From Nematocida ausubeli (Eukaryota): DNA of 64,000 nt. Every line of letters begins with the position of its first letter. The first letter of the stretch is position 1. A program made the position numbers and the translations under genes. The notes under the pieces are model-generated. The model was not told the origin of the DNA, searched no databases, and saw nothing but the letters and a program-made list of their open reading frames with translations. The stretch lies in NCBI RefSeq assembly GCF_000738915.1, contig NW_026515639.1, forward strand, positions 1-64,000. Direction: 5' to 3'. Shown piece after piece: positions 42,471 to 53,844 of the stretch.

Positions 42471-45400
42471 TTATTGAATTTCTTCTGTTGATTGCGCTTG
42501 CAGCTCATTTGTCTTTCCAATCAGCTTCATTGAAGATATTTCCAGCTCAAGTCTTTGCATCTCCAAAGCACATTCTTTTTCTCGGCCTAGAAGGCCTGCC
42601 ATTGTCTCCTCCATTCGGGAGAGTGCCTCAGCATCTGCTGTTTCCTTTGCACGCGCCTCCTTTAAGGCACTTTCAGCTCGGGCAGCAGACTCGCGCACTG
42701 CCTGTGCCTCTCGTTTGTACTTGCAGGCTTCTGCTTTTTCTTTAGAGAGCAGAGCAGCCACAGACTGTATCTTTTTCATTAGCTCAGCGCATGCACCTTC
42801 CTTTTCTTCTGTTGCCTTCTGCACTTCTTCCCGTGCTAGCACAAGCTTCTTCTGTAAGAGATCTCTCTCCTGCTGTGCTAGAAGCAGGCCTGTGTTCGCT
42901 CTTTCCTTTTCCTTTATCTCTCTTTCAAGCTTTCTCTTTCCTGCAAGAAGGTTCTTTCTTTCTGCCTGCCAGTCGATTTCTGCAGTTTCGTGTCTTTCTC
43001 TTTGGTCGTGCAGCTCTGTCTCCAGTTCTGCAAGCATGTTCTCCTTCTCCTGTGATAGAGCTTGGACTTGAGAGACTGCCAGTTGCAGTGCATGCTCTGC
43101 ATCTTTCTCCCGTACCTGTGCCCGTGCAATCTGCTGCTGCATTTTCCCTTTTACACGTGCAGACTCAACTATCTCAGCAGAGAGTTTTGCCATCTCGGCC
43201 TTATACATAGCCACAACCTGCATGGACAGAGTCACCTGCGATGAGACAGACTGTACGTTTACCAGAAGGTCATCAACATAACGAACAAGTGCCTTTACTT
43301 CAGCCACCACAGATGAGTGCATCTTATCACGCCTATCATTTTCAATCTCTGCTGTGTGTTTTGCTCTTTCTTGCCCATCAAGCAGAGAGGATACCTCCTG
43401 TCTGGCAGAAGCAAGTTCCTGCGCCAGGTCAATCTCCTTCTCCTTTCTGAGGACTATTTCCCTGGCAAGTGCTTTGTTCTTACTTCTTTCACTCTCCATA
43501 TTCTCTTCTGCCTTTTGCACTTCTGCCTTCAGCTCTGCAATTGCCTCTTCTGCTTGCTGCTGCTTTAGATGCCCGTGTGCCACTGTGTGCTGCAGCTTTT
43601 TCATTTCTGCATCAAGCTTCTGCTTATCTGAGATCATTGCCCCAAGCTTCTCATCAACCAAGTCAATATACTCCTTCTTCAGCTCTTCATATTCCCTCTG
43701 TCTAATTGTAGCCCTTTCTCGCTCATGGTCCAGGTCTTTTTGCAGCCGGGATATTTCCTCTTTATTCTCCCTGGGGGGAACAACAATAGGAGCAGGTGCA
43801 GGGGCAGGAACAGAGGACTTTTTGAATGCTTCATTAAGTCTGTGCAGCTTTTCGCGCTCAAAGGAGAGCAGTGACTCAAGTCTTTCAAGTTCGCCTTCAC
43901 TGTTGCGCAGGGCTACTTCTCCTTTGTATCTGAGGGACTCTGTCACCTTAATTTCATTCTGTAGGTCTTCCATCTCTGTGTGCATTTTTCTGTTTTTCTC
44001 CAAGGCAGCATCTCTTTCGTGTGCTAGGATATCTCTCTCCTGCTCTACTAGGCCCTGCTTATTTGCGGCCTCAAGAATCTGCTTCTGCATCTCTGCATTT
44101 TTCTGGAGGGTCTCTGCATGGAGTGCCTTCAGTTCTGCCAGCTCTGCAAGGAGCTTCTTTGTGGCAACTGAAGCTGCGTCCTTCCTGGCGTGCTCAACTT
44201 TCTTCTCAAGGTCTGCTACGTTCTGCTGCATTTCCCGCGTGTGAATAACAGACTTAGTCAGGGCGCTCTGTGCTGTGGTCAGCTCTGCCCGGATCTCCTG
44301 GATTTCTTTTTCTGCCTCTGCGCGTGCGTGTGCTGCCTGAATTTCTTCTCTTTTGTGCTGGGCAATTGCACTCTGTGCCTGCTGCTCTGCCAGGCTGTAG
44401 TCTGTCTCAAGTGTGCTGATTCTGTCAAGCAGGTCTTGTATCTGCGCAGACTGCCTTGCAATCTTTATGTCTCTTTCCCTGATCTCATCTTCTGACTTGC
44501 GCACTTCAAGGAGAGGGCGCACTTTCATGCAGAGCTTCCACCATGACCAGTTACGCACAGATGCGTAGATCTTTATGTTCTTCTGCAGGAGGGAAACTGC
44601 CTGTGCTCTTTGCGTGCGAAGGGTTTCCAGATTCTCAGAGAGAAGGACTCTAAGTCTCTTCTGCAGCTCTGTAATGACTCCGGAGATCTTTCCATTTCTG
44701 TGGTCTTCCAGGTCTGCAAGAACTCCCTGGCGCAGGAACAGGCGGGTGCGTCCTATTTTGAACAGGCTTGAAGGAATTCCTAGTTCTGTGAGAAGGGCAA
44801 TGGCTCCCTTCTCTGCAGGCAGAATATGCTCCTTTCCAGTGCGTGAGAGCAGAGCGTATCTCTGTGTAAACTCACGGAACTCAATTCGGGTGGGGAATCC
44901 TTGCCGCGAGATGCGCACTCCCTCCAGGACACCATTGCACTGCAGCTGGTGCAGAACCTGGGCATCATCAAATATCCCGGGTTTCTTTGCGCGGTTTGGT
45001 AGGATGCATCTCACAAAGTGCGGGTTAGTGGAGTGCAGCATCTTCAGAAGGCCAGCAAGCTGTTCTTTGTGGCCCTGTGCGACTGTGCGGAATCTGGTTG
45101 CTGTGAGGCCAGATCTAGCAGACTCTGAGGGAATTGGACCGCGTGCTCCCAGCATAAGAGACGCAATGTCTTCATCCAGCGGATCTTTATTTTTTGCAAT
45201 CCACCCGTCCTCGCGGTACTTAACTTCCCCTGCATAGTGCGTAATTGCAAAGCCACTGCGTACCTTTGGAATGGAGAACTTGCTGTGCGAGTCCCAGACA
45301 GAAGAAATCTTCCGAAGAAGTCTTTCACCTGAGCCTCCTGGGAGAACGCACTCTTCATCAAGGATTGAGAATATTCCTGTCCCTGGGGTCTCCAGCAGGT

Positions 45401-46907
45401 CAATTGTCGGTTGCAAGTCAAGACCAAAGTCAATCACATCCCACTCAAGGCCTTCCTGTAGGTACGTTTCCTGCTCTAAAACGAACATTCTGTGGTTGAA
45501 GAACTGCTGCAGCTTCTCATTTGTGTAATTAATGCAGAGCTGCTCAAAGCCGTTATTTCCAAGGATTTCAAACCCTGCAATATCAAGGACTCCAATGTAA
45601 GACTGGGCGTGCTGTGTTGTCCGCAGGGATGCATTCACCAGATGGACAATCCAGCTGAAAAGTCTTTCATAAAGCACTTTGCACAGGGACGAGACTGTAA
45701 AGCTTGCCTCCTGTGGGGTTCTTCCATGCACAACTACCTCTGAGCCAGCCCGTATCTTTGGGCGCAGAAGAGTCTCTTTCAGACGAAGGGCGTCTACTCC
45801 CAGAAGGCTTGCAGCTGCTGCAAAGTCTTCAGTGCATTCTGCGCGTATGTCTACGCATGCACTCTCCTGGACAAACTCAACTTCTCCCAGGTGTATAATT
45901 GCAGCAAGTATTTTGAATATCTTCTCCTGGTTCTCCTGTGTGAACCCAAGGATGTCCATTGACCTGTAGACTTCGCTAAGAGGCGTGTCTATACCGCCCT
46001 GTGCAGCACCAAGTATCTTGTACGCCTTGTTACGGTGCAGTTTCAGTGCATCCAGTGTGCTTTGGTCTGCGTGCCTTGTCAGCGCATAAAATACGTGGTA
46101 GTTCTGCTCTCCACTTGCCTGGCTTGTGACTCGAGAGGACTCAAGCAGGTATCTCTCTACAAAGGCCCCAACTATCTCGCCATTTGCCCCAAACTCAATC
46201 CGGATGAACTTGCCAAACCTGGAACTGTTGTCATTCTTCTCTGTCTGGGCATTTCCAAAGGCCTCCAGCAGAGGGTTTGTGTAAAGAAGGCGCTCCTCCA
46301 GAATGCACGCACCCTGTGAAAGTTCTCCACTTACCTTTGTAAGGAATGCAATTGCATGCTTTGTGTTTTCTGTCTTTCCAGCACCAGACTCTCCTGTGAT
46401 AAGAATGGTCTGCGGGGTGGATGTATTTCGCATCAGGTGGTATGCCTCTCCTGCCACAGCGTATATGTGGGGTGGTTCATCCTCTCTTTTATACACAAGA
46501 GAATATTTCTGCACAAATTCCTTTGTGTATATTGGTAGATTTTTGTATGGGTTGACTGCGACAAGAAAGAGGCCTGAGTACGTGTACTGCATCTCTGCAA
46601 AATACCTTTGCTTTAGGTTATGCAGGATGCTTGGCTCGTTCAGATACGACAGATGTGCCATGTTATCCACCAGGTCAAACTTAGAAGGGTTTGCTTTCTG
46701 CAGATTCTTCCACTCTGCAGTGAATCTTTTTTCACCTACTACTATCTCTGCCTGCTCTTGATCCTCTGCAACAACTTGGCCCAGATGGTATCCTTTGCTT
46801 GGCTCCTTCCACCAGACTAGCTTCTTGGCTGCATTCTGCGGGTCTGCTCGCATACCAATCTCTCCAGATGGACATGCACTCTTTGTTTTTGTTTCTCCCT
46901 TATTCAT
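42471..46907 (-). CDS. Myosin heavy chain, class II-like
   Basis: GESGAGKTENTK, LEAFGNA, NSSRFGKF, DIAGFE and CNGVLEGVRI motifs; long coiled-coil tail; first ATG at 46907. Confidence 0.95.
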   Translation of the reverse strand: MNKGETKTKSACPSGEIGMRADPQNAAKKLVWWKEPSKGYHLGQVVAEDQEQAEIVVGEKRFTAEWKNLQKANPSKFDLVDNMAHLSYLNEPSILHNLKQRYFAEMQYTYSGLFLVAVNPYKNLPIYTKEFVQKYSLVYKREDEPPHIYAVAGEAYHLMRNTSTPQTILITGESGAGKTENTKHAIAFLTKVSGELSQGACILEERLLYTNPLLEAFGNAQTEKNDNSSRFGKFIRIEFGANGEIVGAFVERYLLESSRVTSQASGEQNYHVFYALTRHADQSTLDALKLHRNKAYKILGAAQGGIDTPLSEVYRSMDILGFTQENQEKIFKILAAIIHLGEVEFVQESACVDIRAECTEDFAAAASLLGVDALRLKETLLRPKIRAGSEVVVHGRTPQEASFTVSSLCKVLYERLFSWIVHLVNASLRTTQHAQSYIGVLDIAGFEILGNNGFEQLCINYTNEKLQQFFNHRMFVLEQETYLQEGLEWDVIDFGLDLQPTIDLLETPGTGIFSILDEECVLPGGSGERLLRKISSVWDSHSKFSIPKVRSGFAITHYAGEVKYREDGWIAKNKDPLDEDIASLMLGARGPIPSESARSGLTATRFRTVAQGHKEQLAGLLKMLHSTNPHFVRCILPNRAKKPGIFDDAQVLHQLQCNGVLEGVRISRQGFPTRIEFREFTQRYALLSRTGKEHILPAEKGAIALLTELGIPSSLFKIGRTRLFLRQGVLADLEDHRNGKISGVITELQKRLRVLLSENLETLRTQRAQAVSLLQKNIKIYASVRNWSWWKLCMKVRPLLEVRKSEDEIRERDIKIARQSAQIQDLLDRISTLETDYSLAEQQAQSAIAQHKREEIQAAHARAEAEKEIQEIRAELTTAQSALTKSVIHTREMQQNVADLEKKVEHARKDAASVATKKLLAELAELKALHAETLQKNAEMQKQILEAANKQGLVEQERDILAHERDAALEKNRKMHTEMEDLQNEIKVTESLRYKGEVALRNSEGELERLESLLSFEREKLHRLNEAFKKSSVPAPAPAPIVVPPRENKEEISRLQKDLDHERERATIRQREYEELKKEYIDLVDEKLGAMISDKQKLDAEMKKLQHTVAHGHLKQQQAEEAIAELKAEVQKAEENMESERSKNKALAREIVLRKEKEIDLAQELASARQEVSSLLDGQERAKHTAEIENDRRDKMHSSVVAEVKALVRYVDDLLVNVQSVSSQVTLSMQVVAMYKAEMAKLSAEIVESARVKGKMQQQIARAQVREKDAEHALQLAVSQVQALSQEKENMLAELETELHDQRERHETAEIDWQAERKNLLAGKRKLEREIKEKERANTGLLLAQQERDLLQKKLVLAREEVQKATEEKEGACAELMKKIQSVAALLSKEKAEACKYKREAQAVRESAARAESALKEARAKETADAEALSRMEETMAGLLGREKECALEMQRLELEISSMKLIGKTNELQAQSTEEIQ

Positions 46908-47842
46908 AAAGATTTTCAGCAAAATTCTTTTTTTAAATTAGTCTCGTAGAATATGGCGGCACTGATTTATTGACGTAATAATAAAAGAAGTGAATCAGAG
47001 TGATCGTATATTCCGGGCTGAATAAGTGTATTTTCGTGATCTATGGGCTTATACCTGTTTTTGTACTATTGAAATTTATTTGTTCCTTTGTGGTTTCATT
47101 AGGGATATGCTTATATTAATTATGTGATCTCATGATAAATAAAGTGCATGCAGGCAGTTTAGACAGCACTAGAGGCAGAGAAGTAGGATATTTTTAGAAG
47201 ATTTAAATGTAGAATTTCCAAGGCATCCACAGGACTGCTTAAGTGCATAGACTGCAAGAAGGGATTATTTAAGATGTTAAAGAGAGAAATATATTCTAGT
47301 GCTGTAGTGGTATATTCATTGAGTAGTAGTATATGGATAGTTATAAGTAGTATATAATATAGTGATTTCAGATGAAAATATACTCATTATATGCATGTTC
47401 TGTGGTTTCTTGCGAATATATGTGCTCTTACTAGTGCATTCTGAATAGTCTGGTCTGCCGCATGGATGGTAAATATGAATAGAGGAAAGCAAGGAGTAAT
47501 TCGGGTTATATCGGGTTATTATGGAAGTGACTCTTTGGGTGTTTTTGGTTCTTGCATATTCCAGATGCTTTGTCTCTCTGTCTGCTCTAAATAACAAAAG
47601 AATCTGTATATTCTGTCCATAAAAATAATTCATTCTTAAAGTCTCTTTAAATTCCTTTGGAACCTCAAATTATTTGTCAGGTTCATGTCTTTGCTATGGT
47701 GAATTTAGGGTAAGTTATCGGGATTATTTTGTGCTCTTCTGGAAACAAGATAAAATATACTGTATGTGCTATTTATTGCATACTTTTGATCATTTATATA
47801 TTTAGAGTTTGCTCCTCTGCCGTGCACACCACTTAGTCCCTT

Positions 47843-48949
47843 CTATCCATGCGTGTACGCATGCATCTTTCCAGAAGGGCTCTCAATCCATTTATTTTGT
47901 ATGAAGTAGTTTAATATTTGAGAGAGCTTTTGTTCTGTCAGCCCCTGGAACCACTTTAAAATGTGTTTCTTTTCCAGTTTTGTCACAGTTTTATACAGTA
48001 TGGCAGCCTCCTTCAGGGAGTAGTAGAGAGTGAAGGGAATGGAAATCATGCTGCAGAAGGACTGTTCTCTCTCTGAAAGGAATTGCATGGCTACTTCATC
48101 TGAGAGAGAGGTTGTCTCCTTGTCAAATAAATCTCCTTTCTTTGTGTTGTCGTCCTGGTATATTTCTGCTATTTTCTTTCGCATCTGCAGCTCCAAATAC
48201 ATTCCCTGGAACAGGTCCAGATATTCCTTTGTTGTAAGCATTTTCAGCAAAGGCTTCATCTTAGTAAGAAGGTCTCTTCCCTCTGGACAGAGAGATCTCT
48301 CTCCAAGCGAGTGTTGCTTGGCTGAAAGAAGGCCTTTGTTGAAGATCAGGTGCCTGAAAAGCTTTCTCTGCATGAGCACATTTCTGTATGACTCAAGAAG
48401 AACTTCTTTTGTTTCTCTCTCCAAGGGCGTGTCTGTCTTATAGAAGGAGACTTCTTTTATAACAACCTCTGCATCATTCGCATACTCCACCTCAAAGTCC
48501 TGTCGCAGGGGCATGTATCCAGATATTTCCTGGGAGAGTGGAAGACTTTGCACGTTCTGAACTGGCTCACCCTCCAAGTCTTCTGAGTTTGTTTGTTTAA
48601 ATATATCTACAAAGTGTTCTTTTACTTCCTGCGGGGTCTTTCTTCCGACGTACGCTGCAATGTCATCCCAATTCCCAACTCCATGCACAATTAAACCATC
48701 CACAAAGAGTAGCTCTTCTATCATCTGCCACCCAGGCGTGTCTGCCTCAAATAAAAGACTCTTTATTACGCGGTATTTATGCGTGTACTCGTGCGTGCGT
48801 ATTTGTGTTCTTTGGATTGCACACAGCGGGCATATGTCAATGCAGCAGGGCACACACTGTATCCACATCATGGAAGATATATTCATAAGACACCCATCAC
48901 ACCGAATAAGACACGCATTACCATGGGTCTGCGAATGCGTAACAACCAT
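47843..48949 (-). CDS. ADA2: Transcriptional adapter Ada2 (ZZ, SANT, SWIRM)
   Basis: CDGC..CVPC..CPLC..H..H ZZ finger; W..EEL..DG...G.GNW.DIA SANT; GYMPLRQDFEVEYANDAE. Confidence 0.92.
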   Translation of the reverse strand: MVVTHSQTHGNACLIRCDGCLMNISSMMWIQCVPCCIDICPLCAIQRTQIRTHEYTHKYRVIKSLLFEADTPGWQMIEELLFVDGLIVHGVGNWDDIAAYVGRKTPQEVKEHFVDIFKQTNSEDLEGEPVQNVQSLPLSQEISGYMPLRQDFEVEYANDAEVVIKEVSFYKTDTPLERETKEVLLESYRNVLMQRKLFRHLIFNKGLLSAKQHSLGERSLCPEGRDLLTKMKPLLKMLTTKEYLDLFQGMYLELQMRKKIAEIYQDDNTKKGDLFDKETTSLSDEVAMQFLSEREQSFCSMISIPFTLYYSLKEAAILYKTVTKLEKKHILKWFQGLTEQKLSQILNYFIQNKWIESPSGKMHAYTHG

Positions 48950-49381
48950 GAAAATTTAAAATAAAACGAAAGACATAATATATGCAAAGCATCCCCTCTA
49001 CAGGAACAAGAAACCACCTAAACCCATCTAAGCGTATAACTACTGCAGCCAGGGATATTATGTAGTTTTATGGGTTATATAATTGTAAGAAAATTAGTTA
49101 ATTTATTCAGGTGATTATATCCTATTATATTCGGAATTATCCCATTATAGAGTGCGCATCTGAAAATGCATCTATCCCAGTAGAAGCACATAGGACTAGG
49201 TATTCACTTCCATATGCCAGTTTTATTCAACTAATTCAGGCTATTCAGAATATAGAAGTATTTAGTCAGATCTATCTGTGTTTGCACTCTCTTTATTTGG
49301 CAGTTTATGCAACAACCTGAAGCCTTTGTTCTATCGCAGTATTTAAACCTGAAATATCTGAAGCTGCCAATTACACATTTA

Positions 49382-49918
49382 TTATGCAGTGCTCCCCAGA
49401 ATAACAGCAAGCCTGCTCTTTGACTTGCTGCTCATGTGCTCTGACTCTGTACTGATCTCTTTTATAATAGAGGGATCCTGCCCTTCTGCCTTCACTGCCT
49501 CCTGCAATCCATTTAACGTATTATTTAGGATTGTAAAAAGAAGAATAATTGCATCTACTGCTTCTGGCTTTCTCTTGTACAAAGCAATGGCCTTCTCTAC
49601 TACACGGCACCTCACCATCTCCCTGGCAACTGGCTCTACATTCTGCGAAATAAACCCAAGCATACCACATACATCTTCCTCCACTTCCTGCACATCTATA
49701 AGATCAACACACTCCCCAATCCGTGCAAAAATGGAAATGGCTGTTGAAATATCCTGCTTGACCAAAATGGTCTCTAGCCCCAGGATGTACTCCTTCTTTA
49801 TTTCCACTGTATTTGCATCAGACCGGATGTTTTTAATGTGCAAGTCAACTGCGTATCTGTATGGGTCATTGAATATTTCTGCTGTCTCTTTGTCGTACTC
49901 CATCTGCTTCTCTTCCAT
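49382..49918 (-). CDS. Hypothetical helical protein
   Basis: ~178 aa ORF with ordinary coding composition; first ATG at 49918. Confidence 0.6.
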   Translation of the reverse strand: MEEKQMEYDKETAEIFNDPYRYAVDLHIKNIRSDANTVEIKKEYILGLETILVKQDISTAISIFARIGECVDLIDVQEVEEDVCGMLGFISQNVEPVAREMVRCRVVEKAIALYKRKPEAVDAIILLFTILNNTLNGLQEAVKAEGQDPSIIKEISTESEHMSSKSKSRLAVILGSTA

Positions 49919-50145
49919 TTTATTTTTCACAGCAAAATCAAGCTATTAATACTTTCTGCAGAGTACTGTACTAGTGTTTACTAAAATTAAACTACTGAAT
50001 TACCAAGTGCAACGAACAAAAAGAAAATGCAAATTATAACGGATTATTTATGCATTTAAGCAGTTCCCTATACAGGACTGTAAGTACAATTGATTGTTTT
50101 TGCATATTTAATAGTAGCCAGAATATATTTGAAATTTATTCAAGT

Positions 50146-50300
50146 GATAGTATTTTAGACTCTAATAAGGGTAGTTGTCAAGTGAGTTTTATATTTATAT
50201 TTACTATGTGAGTGCCTTTGGTGACTGTGTCCTTTCTTATTCAGACTGGATATATTTCTTATTGTTGAAATTCTTGCTTAATTTAATATTTTCATACAAT
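50146..50300 (+). mobile_element. Dispersed repeat family, partial copy
   Basis: GATAGTATTTTAGACTCTAATAAGGGTAGTTGTCAAG...GGTGACTGTG. Confidence 0.7.
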
Positions 50301-50449
50301 TATATAGTGTCCTTCTAGTATACAAAGAGTATTCTGGAAATTAGAAATATAATGGAATATACTGGATGGTTTATGTGTGTGTCAGGATATTATTTAAGGG
50401 ATATGTGTCTTTATTCTGAATTCACAGAAGCTCATCAATGCAAATTTAA

Positions 50450-50670
50450 ATTTCTGAAAGGCTCTCGTATACTAGAAGACTACCACTCTACTAAACTATA
50501 TGGAAATATTAAAAGAAGCAGTAGATGACAACAAGAAATATATTTAGTATGAATACAAAAGAGATATAGTCACAAAAGACATTCATAAAAATATTAAAAC
50601 AAACCTTCCTTGACAACTACACTATCTATTATCTATCTTAGACTATCTATCTACTATCTCTGGGCTGGAA
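50450..50670 (-). mobile_element. Dispersed repeat family, inverted partial copy
   Basis: AAACCTTCCTTGACAACTAC is the reverse complement of the family core; near-collinear with 27345-27515. Confidence 0.7.
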
Positions 50671-50976
50671 TTTTGTTCTTGTTTGAGAGTGTCAAATGGA
50701 TTTTTTAATGAAAGGCGTATTTATTGAATAAAATTCTATTAGAGAGGATATCTATAAAACTCTACTGATCAGACAGAACAAAACAACAGAACCCATGGTA
50801 TTCCTTAAGAAAGCCATAATACTGCTGTGTCTATCTTAATGTAAAATGCATCATTAGTTATCAAACTATTTATTATAAATTTTAGTCTTGCAAAGAACAC
50901 TTCTGTGTCTTTGAGAGATTCCACAGATGCAGAAACAAGCACTGCCTGAATATGCTTGGTTCATCTGCAGGCTGGA

Positions 50977-53844
50977 TCACATTAAAGCCAGTCCCACTAA
51001 AAGTAGTCCTATCAAAAATGCGAGTACAGTAATTGCTGCCAGGCCCAGGTCCTTTGTGCACCTTCCCTGCATGCATGTTCCATTCCACCCGCACGGTGTG
51101 CCATCTCGAAACGACTTTTCAGGAAGCGCAACAGACTTTCCTTTTTTATTTACACACTTCATGGCACACCCGCTGTACCCAGGCAGTGCAGAGATAATTG
51201 AATATTTGTCGCCTGCCATGACGCACTGCCTGTCTTTATTCGTGCACAGGCCGCTTGCACAGAACCCTGCTGAGCACTTGTTTTTATTCTGAACAAACGA
51301 TGACGCAGGGCACTTTGATGTCACGCCGTCGCAAACAGACTTTTTCTGGCACTCATCCAGGGCCTTTCTGCATACAGTCCCGGCCTTTGCAGGCTGGCAC
51401 CCTTGGCAGCACCCGCTGTTTGCATCTGAGCAAAGTGCCCCCAGGCGCAGCTTGCAGTCAGGCGTGCAGCAGGCATCGCCAAATGGGCCACCATCACACT
51501 CTTCACCCATTTCAACAATTCCATTCCCGCAGATTGGGTATGGCATGGTCACGTCTTCTGCCTTTGGCATCTCTGCGTCTAGATTTGACAGTATAATACT
51601 CATCTCTCTCACAGTTGGGGGCGAGAAAGAGAGTAGATTTGGGACCTTTTTGGAGTTCATAATATATTTTCCTCTACAGTCGCACCCGTCGCACGGATTG
51701 CATGGGTAGTTGACTCTGTCTGAGGCCCTGCACGTGTCTTCATCGCAGTCATGGAACAGCCCCAGATTGTGGCCTATTTCGTGCGCCATTGTGACAAACT
51801 GGTTTTCCGTGTATATGCTTGCACTGATATTTCTGGTGGACGTGTAGCCAATGGTACCACGCCACGCCAGGCCAATCTGCGCTGTATTCTTGGAAGATGC
51901 AGTTGCAATATGGTATATCATGCACTTCTTTTTCTTCCTCTGTCTATACCTTCTGAAGTGGTCTAGTTTCTGGACCAGAGACCCTGAGCTAGTGTACCAC
52001 TCTGCAGACTGGTCAATTATTATGTCACTTACGTACAAAAGTACGTTAAATGATCGTTCATATATCCGGCTTGCAATATTCATGTTCTCCAGAACAGAAA
52101 AAACAGCTTCTCGCTTTGACCCGAGCTTCTCTATGTAGTGGCTGTCTATGGCAACTGCCACTGGAATTGCTTTTGTTTCTACAGGGAACCCGTATTTTAT
52201 ATTTGGCTTAATTGCGCTTTCTATCTCTGCAGTCCGCGAGTAGTACGGGATTCCCATTAAAACTACTTCGCCTTTTTTCAGAACCTTATTTGACTTTGGG
52301 ATCCGCGTGGTTACAAAGGTGTTTCCTATGACTCTGTCTTTTTTCTCCTGAATAAGCTGTGCGTTTTTCTTTTTTCCCTTTAGCTTCGAGGGTGTTTTTC
52401 CACTTTTCTTCTTTTGTGGTGATTTTGTGTCGCTTTTATTCTGGTGTGTATACAGAACTGAGTCTATTCCCTTTCCCTGGGATACTCCACTGCTCATATG
52501 GGTCTTAGTGCTTTTACCATCTGGATAGTCTTCTTTGCCTATTTCTGCACTGCAAACAGCCAAATCATCCTTCACTACAACACACGCACTACTCTGGGTT
52601 AAAATTTCCTTTGAAGTAGGCTCCTGGGGAATTTCAGAAGATCCAATAGATAGACTAGACATGTCCTCTATTAAGGCATAGATATCTCTATCTGCATATG
52701 CACTTGTTTTCACACGAAAAGAACTTTGATTCTTTAATGTACTGCTAGATTCATCTGAGTCACCAGGTCCATTGTAGCCTGAATTATCTTGTTCTTTCGT
52801 CTGGTTGTATTTTGTCTCTGAGAGATGCAGGTGTACAGATTTATTTTCGTGAATACTGCTAAATCTATCTACAGTCTCTTCTACATATACTTCTTCATGA
52901 CTAATATCTTCACTAATTTCAGTCTGTTCCTCCTCGCTCTCTTGCTCCTCCATTGCAGTATCAGTCTCTTCTTCTGCTAATTTGAATATATCTCTGCCTT
53001 TCTCCTTGAGTGCCCCGGAGGCCGTGCACTTCCCGCAGGTACCCCTCATTTTATTTCTGAGGGCTTCAATTTCCTTCTGCACAGCCAGCCTCTTTTTGCG
53101 CATGGCAATTTCCTCTGGTGTTTCGGGGTGCTCGAATGCATCATACGAGCTGTACCCTTCTTCATCTGGGCTTTCATCTGTTCTCACAGGATCCCACCAG
53201 AATACTATCTGCCGCAAGGTGTCTGGCAGACTGTTCTTTATTCTTGTGTATATAGTCTTCTCAGGGCGCACTTCACTCCTCCCATACATTGCTTTGGTTT
53301 TGAAGTACTCTGCGGCTTTTTCAAAATAGTTTCTATTATCCTCCAAAGGCTCATCAAATGCCAAGATCTCAGGGGAATCCTCAAGAGGCTTGCAAATGTA
53401 CTCTGGATAGTCTGTGTCTGCTGCAAATGCGATTAGTTCGCTTGGTGAGCTGCCTGGGAAGAGAAACTGTTTTGGCTTTATGTGAATTATTTTTGAGTTG
53501 TCAACCAGCACCCCACTGAGCATCCCTGTTGCATTTTCGCGTATAAACCAGCCGTGCACATCATCAAAGACTTCTTTTAAAGAGGGCAGGCTGCTTTTTT
53601 CTATATTTTCTTGCTTTTTCGTATATACAGCATTGTATGTTGTAAATGAATTTCTTCCCAGCCTTTGTATCTTCTCCATACGTATAACTGATGAGTATAT
53701 GTACCCATCAATTGCAAAGCTTATGTAAACATTTCTCATTTTATCCTCCATAAACTCTACATCCACTGAGGCATCCCGATACTTTTCGTCTATAAAATAG
53801 CACAAAGCTGTGTTTACTAGAAAGAAAAACCTTACTAGCCACAT
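50977..53844 (-). CDS. ADAM-family zinc metalloprotease (M12B + disintegrin + C-terminal TM)
   Basis: Signal peptide, HEIGHNLGLFHD zinc site, Met-turn YIMN, CGNGIVEMGEECDGG disintegrin start, terminal hydrophobic helix. Confidence 0.93.
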   Translation of the reverse strand: MWLVRFFFLVNTALCYFIDEKYRDASVDVEFMEDKMRNVYISFAIDGYIYSSVIRMEKIQRLGRNSFTTYNAVYTKKQENIEKSSLPSLKEVFDDVHGWFIRENATGMLSGVLVDNSKIIHIKPKQFLFPGSSPSELIAFAADTDYPEYICKPLEDSPEILAFDEPLEDNRNYFEKAAEYFKTKAMYGRSEVRPEKTIYTRIKNSLPDTLRQIVFWWDPVRTDESPDEEGYSSYDAFEHPETPEEIAMRKKRLAVQKEIEALRNKMRGTCGKCTASGALKEKGRDIFKLAEEETDTAMEEQESEEEQTEISEDISHEEVYVEETVDRFSSIHENKSVHLHLSETKYNQTKEQDNSGYNGPGDSDESSSTLKNQSSFRVKTSAYADRDIYALIEDMSSLSIGSSEIPQEPTSKEILTQSSACVVVKDDLAVCSAEIGKEDYPDGKSTKTHMSSGVSQGKGIDSVLYTHQNKSDTKSPQKKKSGKTPSKLKGKKKNAQLIQEKKDRVIGNTFVTTRIPKSNKVLKKGEVVLMGIPYYSRTAEIESAIKPNIKYGFPVETKAIPVAVAIDSHYIEKLGSKREAVFSVLENMNIASRIYERSFNVLLYVSDIIIDQSAEWYTSSGSLVQKLDHFRRYRQRKKKKCMIYHIATASSKNTAQIGLAWRGTIGYTSTRNISASIYTENQFVTMAHEIGHNLGLFHDCDEDTCRASDRVNYPCNPCDGCDCRGKYIMNSKKVPNLLSFSPPTVREMSIILSNLDAEMPKAEDVTMPYPICGNGIVEMGEECDGGPFGDACCTPDCKLRLGALCSDANSGCCQGCQPAKAGTVCRKALDECQKKSVCDGVTSKCPASSFVQNKNKCSAGFCASGLCTNKDRQCVMAGDKYSIISALPGYSGCAMKCVNKKGKSVALPEKSFRDGTPCGWNGTCMQGRCTKDLGLAAITVLAFLIGLLLVGLALM

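Noticed and set aside
42488..46820. Many antisense and overlapping ORFs over myosin and other long genes
   Set aside because: Shadow frames of real CDSs with S/F/L-rich composition.
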